The position numbers were made by a program, and so were the translations under genes. The notes beneath the pieces were generated by a model that saw nothing but the letters and a program-made list of their open reading frames with translations, was not told where the DNA came from and did not search any database. DNA of 64,000 nt from Dehalococcoidia bacterium (GTDB lineage: Bacteria; Chloroflexota; Dehalococcoidia; DSTF01; WHTK01), in NCBI GenBank assembly GCA_965219205.1, contig CBDCMQ010000005.1:68338-132337 (forward strand). The letters run 5' to 3'. This document shows positions 17,654 to 26,897 of the stretch, piece after piece. Positions within the stretch are counted from its first letter, which is position 1, and each line of letters opens with the position of its first letter.

Positions 17654-18572
17654 TTGAAATTCGGCGTTAACATCGTCAATTTTGGCCCCGGGGTGCGGCC
17701 AGATACGTTCCTGGAGTGGGCGCGACGCTCCGAGGATCTCGGCTACCACTCGGTGATGATCTTCGACCACGTGGCGGTGACACCCTCGGTCGCTCAGCGC
17801 TACCCCGAGCCGTTTTACGACCCATTCACTGTTTTAGCCTGGCTGGCCGCCGCCACGACCAGAATCAAGCTGGGTACGACGGTTTGCGTGCTACCCTGTT
17901 GTCATCCAGTCTTGTTGGCGCGGCAGGTTGCCGATATCGACCAACTAAGCGGCGGCAGGTTCATCTTCGGCGTTGGGGTTGGCAAGCCGGAGGACGAATT
18001 CGCCACGCTTGCCGTTCCCTTCGAGAAGCGTGGCGCTATGGCCAACGAGCAGCTCGACGTCATGGTCAATTTGTGGACCTGGGATGAGCCGGTCAGCTAT
18101 GACGGGCGACACGTGCAAATCAAGGACGTCTCACCGATAAAGCCGCTGCAAACACCACATCCACCGATATGGGTTGGTGGCGGCAGCGAGGGTACCCTGA
18201 AGCGCACGGCGAGGTTTGGTGACGCCTACCACCCCCCACGCGCGCTGGCCTGAAGCGCTCAGAGGCGAGACCATGCCCCGGATCCGGGAGATGGCGGCCG
18301 CACGAGGCCGGGCAGCGCCGGCGTTTTGTCCGCGAATCCGCCTCGACATCCGCGAGGCGCCAATCGATGGTAACCGAGCCTATGGCGAAGGCAGCATCGA
18401 CCAGATCAGAAGTGACCTGCAGCATTTCGAAGCTCTGGGTGCGCAAGAGATCTTGCTCGACTGGTCCACCGGCGACCTCGAGCGCACCAAGGATCACGAG
18501 CACGGCTGGCGCATGCTATCTCAAATGGCCGAGCAGGTCCTGGACCTGGCAGGGGAAGGTCTGCGCAGCTAA
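17654..18572 (+). CDS. LLM-class (luciferase-like, F420/flavin-dependent) oxidoreductase, interrupted by a 1-nt frameshift
   Basis: KFGVNIVNFGP...LGYHSVMIFDHV...RIKLGTTV is typical of the LLM family. The two ORFs (17627..18253 and 18216..18572) join if the C6 run at 18233..18238 is read as C5 (..FGDAYHPHARWPEALRGE..). A TTG start at 17654 follows aagga. Confidence 0.75.
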
Positions 18573-18646
18573 CCAGAAGCCTGGGAAGCGACCTGGGCGC
18601 TCGCAACCATGATAACGAAGCGCACGCGCCCGAGGAACAGCCAGGC

Positions 18647-19378
18647 TCACTGCCGCAGCACCAGAAGACCGATGGCCAAAGTCACGGCAGCGGCAGAAAG
18701 GAGTTTGAGGGGGCGTTCCCAAGTCGCGAGCAGGTACTCACGCGACCATAGTTCTGCCTCGTGCGGGCCCTCAATACTCACCGAGACGTCGAGGGCGGTT
18801 CGTCGGATGTAGCGGGCTGGCTTGCTTAGGGAGCGTTGAGCCAGGCTGAGAAGGGTCGCCATCAGAGCAACAATCAGCACACCAAACTCAAACTGCTCAG
18901 CCTGAGCCCAGTAGCCGGCCAGCACGGGAAAACCACCCCAGGCCAGACCGAAGGCCAGGTCCGTGTAGAACAAACGCTGCCACTCGAGTACGTAACCAAG
19001 GGCCAGCAACACGCCAACCGCCGCCCAGGCCAGCGTCCAGGGGGAGATAACAAGGACACCGGCCACGGCGATCGCCGCGGCTACTGTTAGGCCGCCGGCG
19101 CCAAGCGCCAGGAGGACAGCGCTACTGATCCGCGTTCCCCGGGGCCGAGAATGAAGCTCGTCAAGAGCGTGCGCCGCGATGCCGGTGCCGAGAAAAAATG
19201 CGCCTAGCGTACCGGCTAGGCGCAGGCCGTCGATCTCACTAGCAAGGGCAGCACCAAAAACGACGTAGGAAAGATGCCAGGCCGTGTATGGAGGATGCAG
19301 AAGGGTTAGCAGATCGCCAAGCTGGCCGCCGGTCTGCCCGTAAAATGCCGGCTGCAAGCGCTCGATCCTGCGGCGCAT
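18647..19378 (-). CDS. polytopic membrane protein of unknown function (possibly UbiA-superfamily-like)
   Basis: 243 aa with about 7-8 hydrophobic segments and AHALDELH. Starts 9 nt after the upstream methyltransferase stop. Confidence 0.55.
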   Translation of the reverse strand: MRRRIERLQPAFYGQTGGQLGDLLTLLHPPYTAWHLSYVVFGAALASEIDGLRLAGTLGAFFLGTGIAAHALDELHSRPRGTRISSAVLLALGAGGLTVAAAIAVAGVLVISPWTLAWAAVGVLLALGYVLEWQRLFYTDLAFGLAWGGFPVLAGYWAQAEQFEFGVLIVALMATLLSLAQRSLSKPARYIRRTALDVSVSIEGPHEAELWSREYLLATWERPLKLLSAAAVTLAIGLLVLRQ

Positions 19379-19387
19379 GACCGCGGG

Positions 19388-20092
19388 TCAACCTCGCCGG
19401 GCCCAGACGATGAACCCGCCACCAAGCGCGCGGCGCACAGAGCGAACTTCCGTCAGTCCGGCTGAGACCCACAGATCGGTGAGCGTGTTGCCAGGGTATT
19501 GGCGGTAGAAGCGATCGATGCTTGGACCCAGGAAACGGCCGACGCGCGCCCACCCGCGGCCGGCCAAAAGCCCGGCTACGGGCAGGCCGATTCGTGTATA
19601 GACCCACCACAGTGGCCCCCAGAAGCCAGCCGGACGACCGAATTCGACCATGCCGATTGCGCCACCTGGCCGCACCACCCGCGTCAGTTCGCGCTTCGTT
19701 GCACCCGGGTCGGTAACGTAGCGCAGCAGATAGCCAAACGTAAGCCCGTCAAAGGACGCATCAGGAAAGGGCAGATCCTGGGCTGTTGCTCGCACCGGCG
19801 AAGCATCATGGGGCCGGATTCTCTTAAGCATCTCAGGGCTAAGGTCGAGAGCGATCACCTTGTGCCCCCGCTTCTCAAGAAAGTGACTAATAAGACCGGT
19901 CCCGGCGGCGACATCGAGCACACACGAGCCCTGCGGCAGCTCGAGACGCGTAACCATCTCACCGCGCCAGCGCGTGTCCTGTCCCAGGCTCAGCAGCCTG
20001 GACCAGCGGTCGTAATTTGGCGCAATCGGTGCGAAAAGACGCATCGCAGTGCGATTCAGCGACCCTGGCTGGCGTGAATCGGATGTTGGCAT
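19388..20092 (-). CDS. class I SAM-dependent methyltransferase (UbiE/MenG-like)
   Basis: FAPIAPNYDRWSRLLSLGQDTRWR and motif I VLDVAAGTG. The start is uncertain; the ORF extends to 20167. Confidence 0.8.
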   Translation of the reverse strand: MPTSDSRQPGSLNRTAMRLFAPIAPNYDRWSRLLSLGQDTRWRGEMVTRLELPQGSCVLDVAAGTGLISHFLEKRGHKVIALDLSPEMLKRIRPHDASPVRATAQDLPFPDASFDGLTFGYLLRYVTDPGATKRELTRVVRPGGAIGMVEFGRPAGFWGPLWWVYTRIGLPVAGLLAGRGWARVGRFLGPSIDRFYRQYPGNTLTDLWVSAGLTEVRSVRRALGGGFIVWARRG

Positions 20093-20189
20093 TCGTCTAT
20101 CCTGCCACGCCAGAGGCCGCGGCGGACGATCGGCGCTGGAAACGAAGCAGTCAGATTGCTTCGGCACCTACGTTGGCTGAGAGCCCCGC

Positions 20190-20585
20190 CTACGTCTCCT
20201 GAATCCCGGTCGCCTGGGACCAGACCACCTGCCACTGCCCTTCGCGGCGCTCGTAGACGTCCGTGTGCCAGAGACGCCGGCGGGGAAACTCGCTGCCGCC
20301 GACCGAAATCTCCATCTCGGCCCGGTAACGTACCACGGCGAGATCACCGCTGATCCGTACTCCGATCGCCTCCGGCTCCCAAACGTGGTAGTCGATCTCA
20401 CCCGAGGCAATGTCGCCCATATACTCGGCCTTCGTATAGGTCCTGCCGACCGGGTTGACCAGCTGAAAGTCCTCGGTGTGAAGCTCTCCGGCGCGCTCGA
20501 CATCGCCCGCCACCATGGCGCGCAGCCGCCCGCGCTCGAGCGTACGTATTTCATCGGCTTCGGCTTCAGCGTTGGTCATGATCAA
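20190..20585 (-). CDS. NTF2-like (SnoaL/DUF4440-type) small protein
   Basis: 131 aa. The pattern ..L..DF.LVNP.G......Y......GEIDY......I.VR..GD.AVV.Y....E......W..V.. fits the NTF2-like fold. Confidence 0.65.
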   Translation of the reverse strand: MIMTNAEAEADEIRTLERGRLRAMVAGDVERAGELHTEDFQLVNPVGRTYTKAEYMGDIASGEIDYHVWEPEAIGVRISGDLAVVRYRAEMEISVGGSEFPRRRLWHTDVYERREGQWQVVWSQATGIQET

Positions 20586-20716
20586 TCCTTTCGCGCCGCT
20601 GATTTCGATTGCGGCGTTACGTCAGGCCACTGCAATGAGACGGTTGGCCATATTATTACCGACGCTTTGCTTTGCTGTATGCTTCCTCGCGATAAGAATT
20701 CGCGGAGGAGCCGTAT

Positions 20717-21886
20717 ATGGAAACATCGCCTGAAGACCACTATCTGAGACCGGCACAGATCTTTGATGGCGAAGCCGCCGATTTGCTGTCAGGCCAAGTG
20801 GTCCAGGTTCGAGAAAACAAGATCGAAGCCGTGGGACCGCCGGCGTCCTTCCCCGAGCTCCACGAATCGCAAGTGATCGAGCCGCTGGGGCTGACCTTGA
20901 TGCCCGGCTTGATCGAGGCTCATTCGCACGTCCTGCTCCATCCTTACACCGAGACGACCTGGAACGACCAGCTGGCACATGAAGCCCTGAGCCTGCGCAC
21001 CGCTCGCGCCACCAACCACCTGCGGGTCACGCTTCTGGCCGGGTTCACGACGATACGAGACCTCGGCACCGAAGGCGCCGGTTACGCCGATGTTGGCCTG
21101 CGTCAGGCGATAGAGCAGGGGATCATCCCCGGTCCGCGTATGCAGGTCGCCACCCGGGCAATTGTGACTACCGGCGCCTATGGCCCGAAAGGCTATGCGC
21201 CGGAATGGGACGTGCCGATCGGCGCGGAAGAGGCCAACGGCTTCGATTCTCTGATGCGGACCGTGCGCGACCAGATCGGCCGCGGCGCCGATTGGGTGAA
21301 ACTCTACGCCGACTACCGTTGGGGTCGCACGGTCTCAGCGCCGACTTTCACTCAAGAAGAACTAAACACCGCGGTCGAGGTTGTCTCAAGCGCCAACATT
21401 CCCGTTGCCGCGCATGCCAACACCACCGAAGGAATGCGACGGGCGGCGCGGGCCGGGGTCAACACCATCGAACACGGTGACGGCGGCACTGCCGAGGTAT
21501 TCGGCCTGATGAAGGAAAACGGCGTCGCACTTTGTGCGACCTTGTCCGTGGCGCCCGGCGAGCGGGCCGAACGTAAGCGGCGCATGTTTGAGACCGCGCT
21601 TGAAAGCGGCGTCTCGATCGCCAGCGGCAGCGATGTTGGCGTCTTCCCGCATGGCGACAACGTCCGGGAGCTAGAGGCGATGGTCGCCGCCGGCATGGCG
21701 GTCCTCGACACGGTTGTCGCGGCGACATCCGGCACGGCGCGTATCCTCAACCTCGAGGTCGGGCGGGTCAAATCCGGACATTTCGCCGATCTGCTCGCGG
21801 TTCAGGGCGATCCGACCAGTGATATTTCCGCTCTGCGCCGGGTCGAATTCGTCATGAAAGACGGAGCCGTCTACAAGCGTCCCTAA
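20717..21886 (+). CDS. metal-dependent amidohydrolase family protein
   Basis: HxH motif (GLIEAHSHV), later HA and EHG metal-ligand regions, and a C-terminal ADL.....DP motif. SD ggaggag. Confidence 0.85.
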   Translation: METSPEDHYLRPAQIFDGEAADLLSGQVVQVRENKIEAVGPPASFPELHESQVIEPLGLTLMPGLIEAHSHVLLHPYTETTWNDQLAHEALSLRTARATNHLRVTLLAGFTTIRDLGTEGAGYADVGLRQAIEQGIIPGPRMQVATRAIVTTGAYGPKGYAPEWDVPIGAEEANGFDSLMRTVRDQIGRGADWVKLYADYRWGRTVSAPTFTQEELNTAVEVVSSANIPVAAHANTTEGMRRAARAGVNTIEHGDGGTAEVFGLMKENGVALCATLSVAPGERAERKRRMFETALESGVSIASGSDVGVFPHGDNVRELEAMVAAGMAVLDTVVAATSGTARILNLEVGRVKSGHFADLLAVQGDPTSDISALRRVEFVMKDGAVYKRP

Positions 21887-21999
21887 CGGTTCCGCTGCGC
21901 TTCACCTCAACCTCACTGGCGGTTGCGCCTCTGAGTGATCGTTTTTCGGCTGTTGGTCTCAACACCCTTCACCGGTTGAGTTCAAGCCCCGTGTCAGCA

Positions 22000-22938
22000 C
22001 TAAGACTCAGCAGCCGCCTTTGACGGGTTTTTGAATAGTGCTCCGACGGCGATCTCGTTCTCGGCCGCAAGCTCAGCCGCCGGCTTGGCGCCGGCGTCGA
22101 GACGAAGTTTGCGGACCAGCAAGGCGCCGTCCGCCGCGCCGATAACCATGCCGTCGTCGTCGAGGGTGGAAACAACACCCGGCGCCGATTCTTGCCCAGG
22201 CAGCGGCCTAGCGTCCAGCATGCGTAGCTTTTGCTCACCCCATCTGGACCAGGCGCCGGGACTTGGGTCACAGCCCCGGACCAGGTTGTAGACTTCGGCC
22301 AGCGGCAGACGCCAGTCAATGCGGGCGGCCCGGTCCTCGCACGGCTTCTCATAGGTCGCCTCGGCTTCGTCCTGGACCGTTTTCGGCGCGGCGCCGCGGC
22401 GGACCAGCTCAACGGCCTCGGCCAATGCCTCAATGCCGACCGGATAGAGCTTGTCCGTGTACAACGAACCGGCGGTGTCGTCCGGGCCAATTTCGACATT
22501 TTTCTGCAACAGGACGGGCCCGGTGTCCATGCCCTGGTCGGGCCAGAAAATCGAAACACCGGTCAGCGTCTCACCTTGAATGATCGGCCAGTTGACCGAG
22601 CTGCGCCCACGATGCTTTGGCAGCAGAGAGGGGTGGTATTGGATTGTCCCATGCGTGGGAAAATTCAGGGTTGCATCAGCAATGAACTCCTGCACGAAGG
22701 CCATAACGCCTAACTCCGGCGCGGCCGCTTGCAGTGCCTCTTTGACCTCGGCTCCCTCTAGGCGATTGGGCTCGAAAACCGGAATCGAAGCGGCTTCCGC
22801 CTGGGACCAAAGCCGATCTGCGCGCCCGCTCAGCGATTGCTTGGGCGCCGCCACGGCAACGACCTCGTCGCCTTGTGCCTCAAGTTTCGTCAGGGCATCG
22901 ACGCCAAAGGCGCCTATGCCGTTTAGGATTATCCGCAT
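22000..22938 (-). CDS. formyltransferase-family protein resembling the N-terminal (folate-binding) domain of 10-formyl-THF dehydrogenase
   Basis: IQYHPSLLPKHRGRSSVNWPIIQGE..GVSIFWPDQGMDTGPVLLQK...ATYEKP....ARIDW. From memory this is closest to the FDH/ALDH1L1 N-domain (IIYHPSLLPRHRGASAINW...FSIFWADDGLDTGDLLLQK). It has the Fmt/ArnA-type SLLP..RG catalytic loop plus a C-terminal OB-like domain. Confidence 0.7.
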   Translation of the reverse strand: MRIILNGIGAFGVDALTKLEAQGDEVVAVAAPKQSLSGRADRLWSQAEAASIPVFEPNRLEGAEVKEALQAAAPELGVMAFVQEFIADATLNFPTHGTIQYHPSLLPKHRGRSSVNWPIIQGETLTGVSIFWPDQGMDTGPVLLQKNVEIGPDDTAGSLYTDKLYPVGIEALAEAVELVRRGAAPKTVQDEAEATYEKPCEDRAARIDWRLPLAEVYNLVRGCDPSPGAWSRWGEQKLRMLDARPLPGQESAPGVVSTLDDDGMVIGAADGALLVRKLRLDAGAKPAAELAAENEIAVGALFKNPSKAAAES

Positions 22939-22997
22939 GCCGCTCCAGCACCCCCGTCTAACCGCTAGCCGGTGTTACCCCTGATTCAGGCGATTTG

Positions 22998-24671
22998 CTA
23001 GCGCCGGGCCGCTACCGCTCCGGTGTTCCAACTAAACTCCTGCGGACGTCGAGCCGCTTTGTTATCGAGTACGACGTTGATTACTGCGGGGCCATTAGAC
23101 GCGAATGCCTTCTGAATCGCCGGGCCGAGGTCATCGGGGTCGTCAACGTAGATTCCCAGGCCGCCGAAGGCTTCGATTACCTTCTCGTAATGAGCGTCGG
23201 GGTAATAGGCGCTCACCGGAATCTCGTCGATACCAAGGAGCTCAGTCGGGCCACCGCCGATGCCGTTGTTGTTGAGAACGATGAAGACGATTGGCAGCTT
23301 GAGGCGGCAGGCCACTTCGACCTCCATGCCACTAAAGCCAAAGGCTGAGTCACCCTCGATATCGACTACACGCAGGCCAGGGTTGGCGATTTGGGCGGCA
23401 ATAGCCTGTGGCAGGCCGACGCCCATGGTCCCCCAAGTGCCCGCATCGATGCGGTGCCGCGGCAGGCTGTTGTTTATTACCTGCCGGCTGATGTCCATGG
23501 TACTGGCACCCTCGGCGACCAGCATGACGTCATCCGGCAGCAGGTCATCAATTTCTCTCAGGGCCCGGTAGTACCCCATTGGCTTTGCGTCATCCACCAG
23601 CATCGGTGCGGTGGCCGCGACGTTTTCTTCGATCTTCTTATCGATGCTGGTGCGCCAGGTGCTCTCCTCGGGGTACTGCCACGGGTGCATCTTGAGGTAG
23701 GCGTTAAGCTGGCCGGTTACCGCCTTGGCGTCACCAATCAGCGGCACCTCGGTCGGGATGTTGGTGCCGATTTCCTCTGGAGAGATGTCGAGCTGGATCA
23801 CTCGCACTCCCTCTTTGAAGCGCGGCGGCTCACCAAAGTGCATTATCCAGTTGAGACGCGCGCCGATCAGGAAAATCAGGTCAGTGTTCTGGAGCGCCAG
23901 GGAACGGGCGGCGCCGACCGACAAGGGGTGGTCGTCAGGAACGACACCACGGCCCATCGGCGAAGCAAGAAACGGCAGCTGGGTAGTCTCGATGAACTCC
24001 CGGACTTCATCCTCGGCTCGGCCGTAAGCGGCGCCCTTACCGACGATCACCAACGGCTGCTTGGCGCTCTGCAGGGCGCCCATCGCCGCCTCAACCGAGG
24101 CATCGTCAACCACCGGGCGAGGCGCGTCACGAACCGCCGGAGGGAACTTGATCAGTTCCTCATCCACCGTACCGGAAATCACGTCATCCATCAGGTCGAG
24201 GTATACCGGTCCAGGCCGGCCGCTGATCGAAGTTCGAACTGCCTGCTCGATGTAGAAAGGCAACCTGCCGGTCGACTCTGGCCGCATACCGTACTTGACG
24301 AAGGGCCGGGCCGCATCCAACTGAGGTGCTTCCTGGAACGCACCTTTCCCCATGAGATCGCTGCTGTTGGAGCCGCCAAGCAAGATCATCGGCCAGCAGT
24401 TGGACCAGGCGTTGCCAAGACCGGAGATCGCATTGGTCATGCCCGGGCCGGAGACACACAAGGCGACGCCGGGCCGCCCGGTTAGATATCCGATGGTACC
24501 GGCGGCATAAGCAGCGGACTGCTCATGCCGCATGCCAACGAAGGTAATGCCTTCCTTGCGCACCGCGTCCGCGATTGATCGCACTGGAATGCCGACGATA
24601 CCGAAGGCGTATTCGACGCCGTGGGACTTCAGGCTTCTAGCAATAATTGTTGCGCCATCTATTTCCGCCAC
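22998..24671 (-). CDS. ThDP-dependent 2-hydroxyacyl-CoA lyase / oxalyl-CoA decarboxylase family enzyme
   Basis: 557 aa. GARLNWIMHFGEPPRF, EGDSAFGFSGMEVEVACRLKLPIVFIVLNNNG (ThDP GDS..NN motif) and RHEQSAAYAA. GTG start after aggaggg. Confidence 0.85.
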   Translation of the reverse strand: MAEIDGATIIARSLKSHGVEYAFGIVGIPVRSIADAVRKEGITFVGMRHEQSAAYAAGTIGYLTGRPGVALCVSGPGMTNAISGLGNAWSNCWPMILLGGSNSSDLMGKGAFQEAPQLDAARPFVKYGMRPESTGRLPFYIEQAVRTSISGRPGPVYLDLMDDVISGTVDEELIKFPPAVRDAPRPVVDDASVEAAMGALQSAKQPLVIVGKGAAYGRAEDEVREFIETTQLPFLASPMGRGVVPDDHPLSVGAARSLALQNTDLIFLIGARLNWIMHFGEPPRFKEGVRVIQLDISPEEIGTNIPTEVPLIGDAKAVTGQLNAYLKMHPWQYPEESTWRTSIDKKIEENVAATAPMLVDDAKPMGYYRALREIDDLLPDDVMLVAEGASTMDISRQVINNSLPRHRIDAGTWGTMGVGLPQAIAAQIANPGLRVVDIEGDSAFGFSGMEVEVACRLKLPIVFIVLNNNGIGGGPTELLGIDEIPVSAYYPDAHYEKVIEAFGGLGIYVDDPDDLGPAIQKAFASNGPAVINVVLDNKAARRPQEFSWNTGAVAARR

Positions 24672-24698
24672 TTGATTCCCTCCTAAAGGTGCTTTGTA

Positions 24699-25922
24699 CT
24701 AACTGGTGCTTTCGACGGTTGGCCTGGGGCCTATGGCCCCTGCCTCGCGCAGTTCTGTCAGGTCGTCCCAGGTAAACCCGGCCTCCTCCAGAACCTCCTC
24801 GGTGTGCTGGCCGAACTCGGGGGCAAGGCCGCGGATATGACCCGGTGTTTTGCTAAAGATAACTGGCAAGCCAACCATCTTTACCGGCGACCCACCGTCT
24901 TCTGGTTCAACGTCAGTAATGTAGTCGTTCGCCAATACCTGCGGGTCTTTCGAAACGTCCTCGTAATCGTTTACGGGCGTCGCCAGCAGGTCGGCTTCCG
25001 CAAACCGGCGGATCCACTCTGCTGCCGTTTCGGTCGCAAAGATCGCGTCGAATTCCGCGAACAGCTGGCTCGAATTATCCAATCTTGCCGGGAGGGTTGC
25101 ATATTTCTCGTCGGTAGCCCATTCCGGCCTGCCGACCGCGGCAGCGATCCGGCTCCAATAGTGCGCCGCACTCATACCCAACGCGAACCATTTGCCGTCG
25201 CTGCCCTGGTAGGTGCTCCAGGTCGGGTTCGGTCCCGACCTGTGGACGCGACCGCGTTGGGTGCCACTCCAGAGATAGTCCGTTATGTTAAATGACTGAA
25301 CACAAAGTTGACCGCCCAGAAGGGAGGCGTCCACCTCTTGGCCTTCGCCGGTCCGCTCACGATGGCGCAGCGCCACAACCAGTCCAAAAGCCATCGTTAT
25401 GGCACCGATGTGATCGGCGATGGCCACGCCGGCCCCTTTTGGCCCGCCTTCCGGGTCACCGGTCTGGCTCATCAGGCCACCGCGGGCCTGACCCAGTATG
25501 TCCATGCTCGCACGGTCGGCATCCGGGCCTTCGGGTCCGTAGCCGGAACCGCGGCCGTAAATAAGGCGTGGGTTGATTTCACTCAGGGTCTTGTAATCGC
25601 AGCCTAGCCTGGCCAGCGCCGGCCGCCGATAGTTGCTAACAAAAATGTCGGCATCCTCAACCAGGCGATGGAAGGTTTTACGACCTGCCTCGTCCTTTAG
25701 GTCGATGCAGATGGCGCGCTTGCCGCGATTGAGCGTTTGGAAGTAAGCATTCATCGGCCCTTTGGTGCTGGTTACCATAGTGGAGCGACCAGGATCCGGC
25801 GTGTCCGGTCCCTCGATCTTGACCACGTCGGCACCGAGGTCGGCCAGCATAGCCGTCGAGTAGGTGCCTTGTTGGAAAATCGTCAGATCCAGGACTCGGA
25901 CGCCTTCAAGGGGAAGATCCAT
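24699..25922 (-). CDS. family III CoA-transferase (CaiB/BaiF/Frc-like)
   Basis: LEGVRVLDLT...MLADLGADVVKIE.P, NRGKR, and SGYG..GP...R...D. SD aggaga. Confidence 0.85.
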   Translation of the reverse strand: MDLPLEGVRVLDLTIFQQGTYSTAMLADLGADVVKIEGPDTPDPGRSTMVTSTKGPMNAYFQTLNRGKRAICIDLKDEAGRKTFHRLVEDADIFVSNYRRPALARLGCDYKTLSEINPRLIYGRGSGYGPEGPDADRASMDILGQARGGLMSQTGDPEGGPKGAGVAIADHIGAITMAFGLVVALRHRERTGEGQEVDASLLGGQLCVQSFNITDYLWSGTQRGRVHRSGPNPTWSTYQGSDGKWFALGMSAAHYWSRIAAAVGRPEWATDEKYATLPARLDNSSQLFAEFDAIFATETAAEWIRRFAEADLLATPVNDYEDVSKDPQVLANDYITDVEPEDGGSPVKMVGLPVIFSKTPGHIRGLAPEFGQHTEEVLEEAGFTWDDLTELREAGAIGPRPTVESTS

Positions 25923-25945
25923 TGTTATCTCCTGACACTGAACTA

Positions 25946-25971
25946 AATCAGGTGCAAAGTAACACCTGATT
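25946..25971 (-). promoter_or_regulatory. 9-bp stem hairpin in the 156-nt intra-operon gap
   Basis: aatcaggtg (25946..25954), an 8-nt loop, then cacctgatt (25963..25971). Lies between the crotonase stop and the CoA-transferase SD. Confidence 0.35.
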
Positions 25972-26078
25972 CGCCACCTGGTCCACCCTCAATTTTGGGA
26001 GCAGGAAAGCCAGCGTCACGCTCGGAACCGCATCGGCTGGTCCTGCCGGTTTCGCTACTCGCCGTGTCTCGCTTACCC

Positions 26079-26897
26079 CTAGACGCCCCTGAACTCGGGC
26101 TGCCGCTTCTCGGCGAAGGCTTTGCGGCCTTCGACATAGTCTCCGCTGGCAAAACAGTCAGCGATCAGGCGTTCGATATGCTTGAGATCACGGTCTTTCT
26201 CGTCTTTGACGGCCTCGTCGATTGCCGCGCTAACCGCTTTGACCGTTAGCGGAGCTGCTCGTGCGATTGTGCCGGACAGCTCTCGCACTCTCGGCTCGAG
26301 CTCATCTATTGATACGACCTCGTTGATCAAACCCATGCGCAACGCCGTCTGAGCATCGACCCGGTCACCGGTGATTAGGATCTGGCGCGCATTTGCCGGG
26401 CCAATCAGATCGACCACCGGCTTGACTTCGGAAAAGCCGTAGCCGAGGCCGAGACGAACCGCCGGGATACCGAACTGAGAGTCGTCCGATGCCACGCGCA
26501 GGTCGGCTTTGAGCGCCGTGAGCAGGCCGCCACCCACCGCGAAGCCGCGAATCATGGCGATTAGCGGTTTGTTGAGGGTTTTGTAGCTGGCGCTGGCGCG
26601 GGTGCCAACCTTGTTGTACTCGGCGATTTGCTCCGGTGTGGCCCGGTTGCTATCGAACTCCGAGATGTCGGCACCGGAGACGAATGACTTGTCGCCTGCA
26701 CCGGTCATCACGACGACCCGCACCTCGGGGTCGTCTCTGAAAGACTCGAGAATGACGGGGATCGCTTCGCGCATCTCTCTATTGATCGCGTTGCGGCGTT
26801 CCGGTTGGTTGAAAATCATCCAACCAACGCCGTCCTCTTTGTAGCCGATCATTTTCGTGGTTTCGACCTTGATCTCTTGCTTGGACATGGCTGTCAT
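26079..26897 (-). CDS. enoyl-CoA hydratase/isomerase (crotonase) family
   Basis: FNQPERRNAI...VVVMTGAGDKSFVSGADI...IAMIRGFAVGGG. The start overlaps the upstream stop (ATGA). Confidence 0.9.
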   Translation of the reverse strand: MTAMSKQEIKVETTKMIGYKEDGVGWMIFNQPERRNAINREMREAIPVILESFRDDPEVRVVVMTGAGDKSFVSGADISEFDSNRATPEQIAEYNKVGTRASASYKTLNKPLIAMIRGFAVGGGLLTALKADLRVASDDSQFGIPAVRLGLGYGFSEVKPVVDLIGPANARQILITGDRVDAQTALRMGLINEVVSIDELEPRVRELSGTIARAAPLTVKAVSAAIDEAVKDEKDRDLKHIERLIADCFASGDYVEGRKAFAEKRQPEFRGV

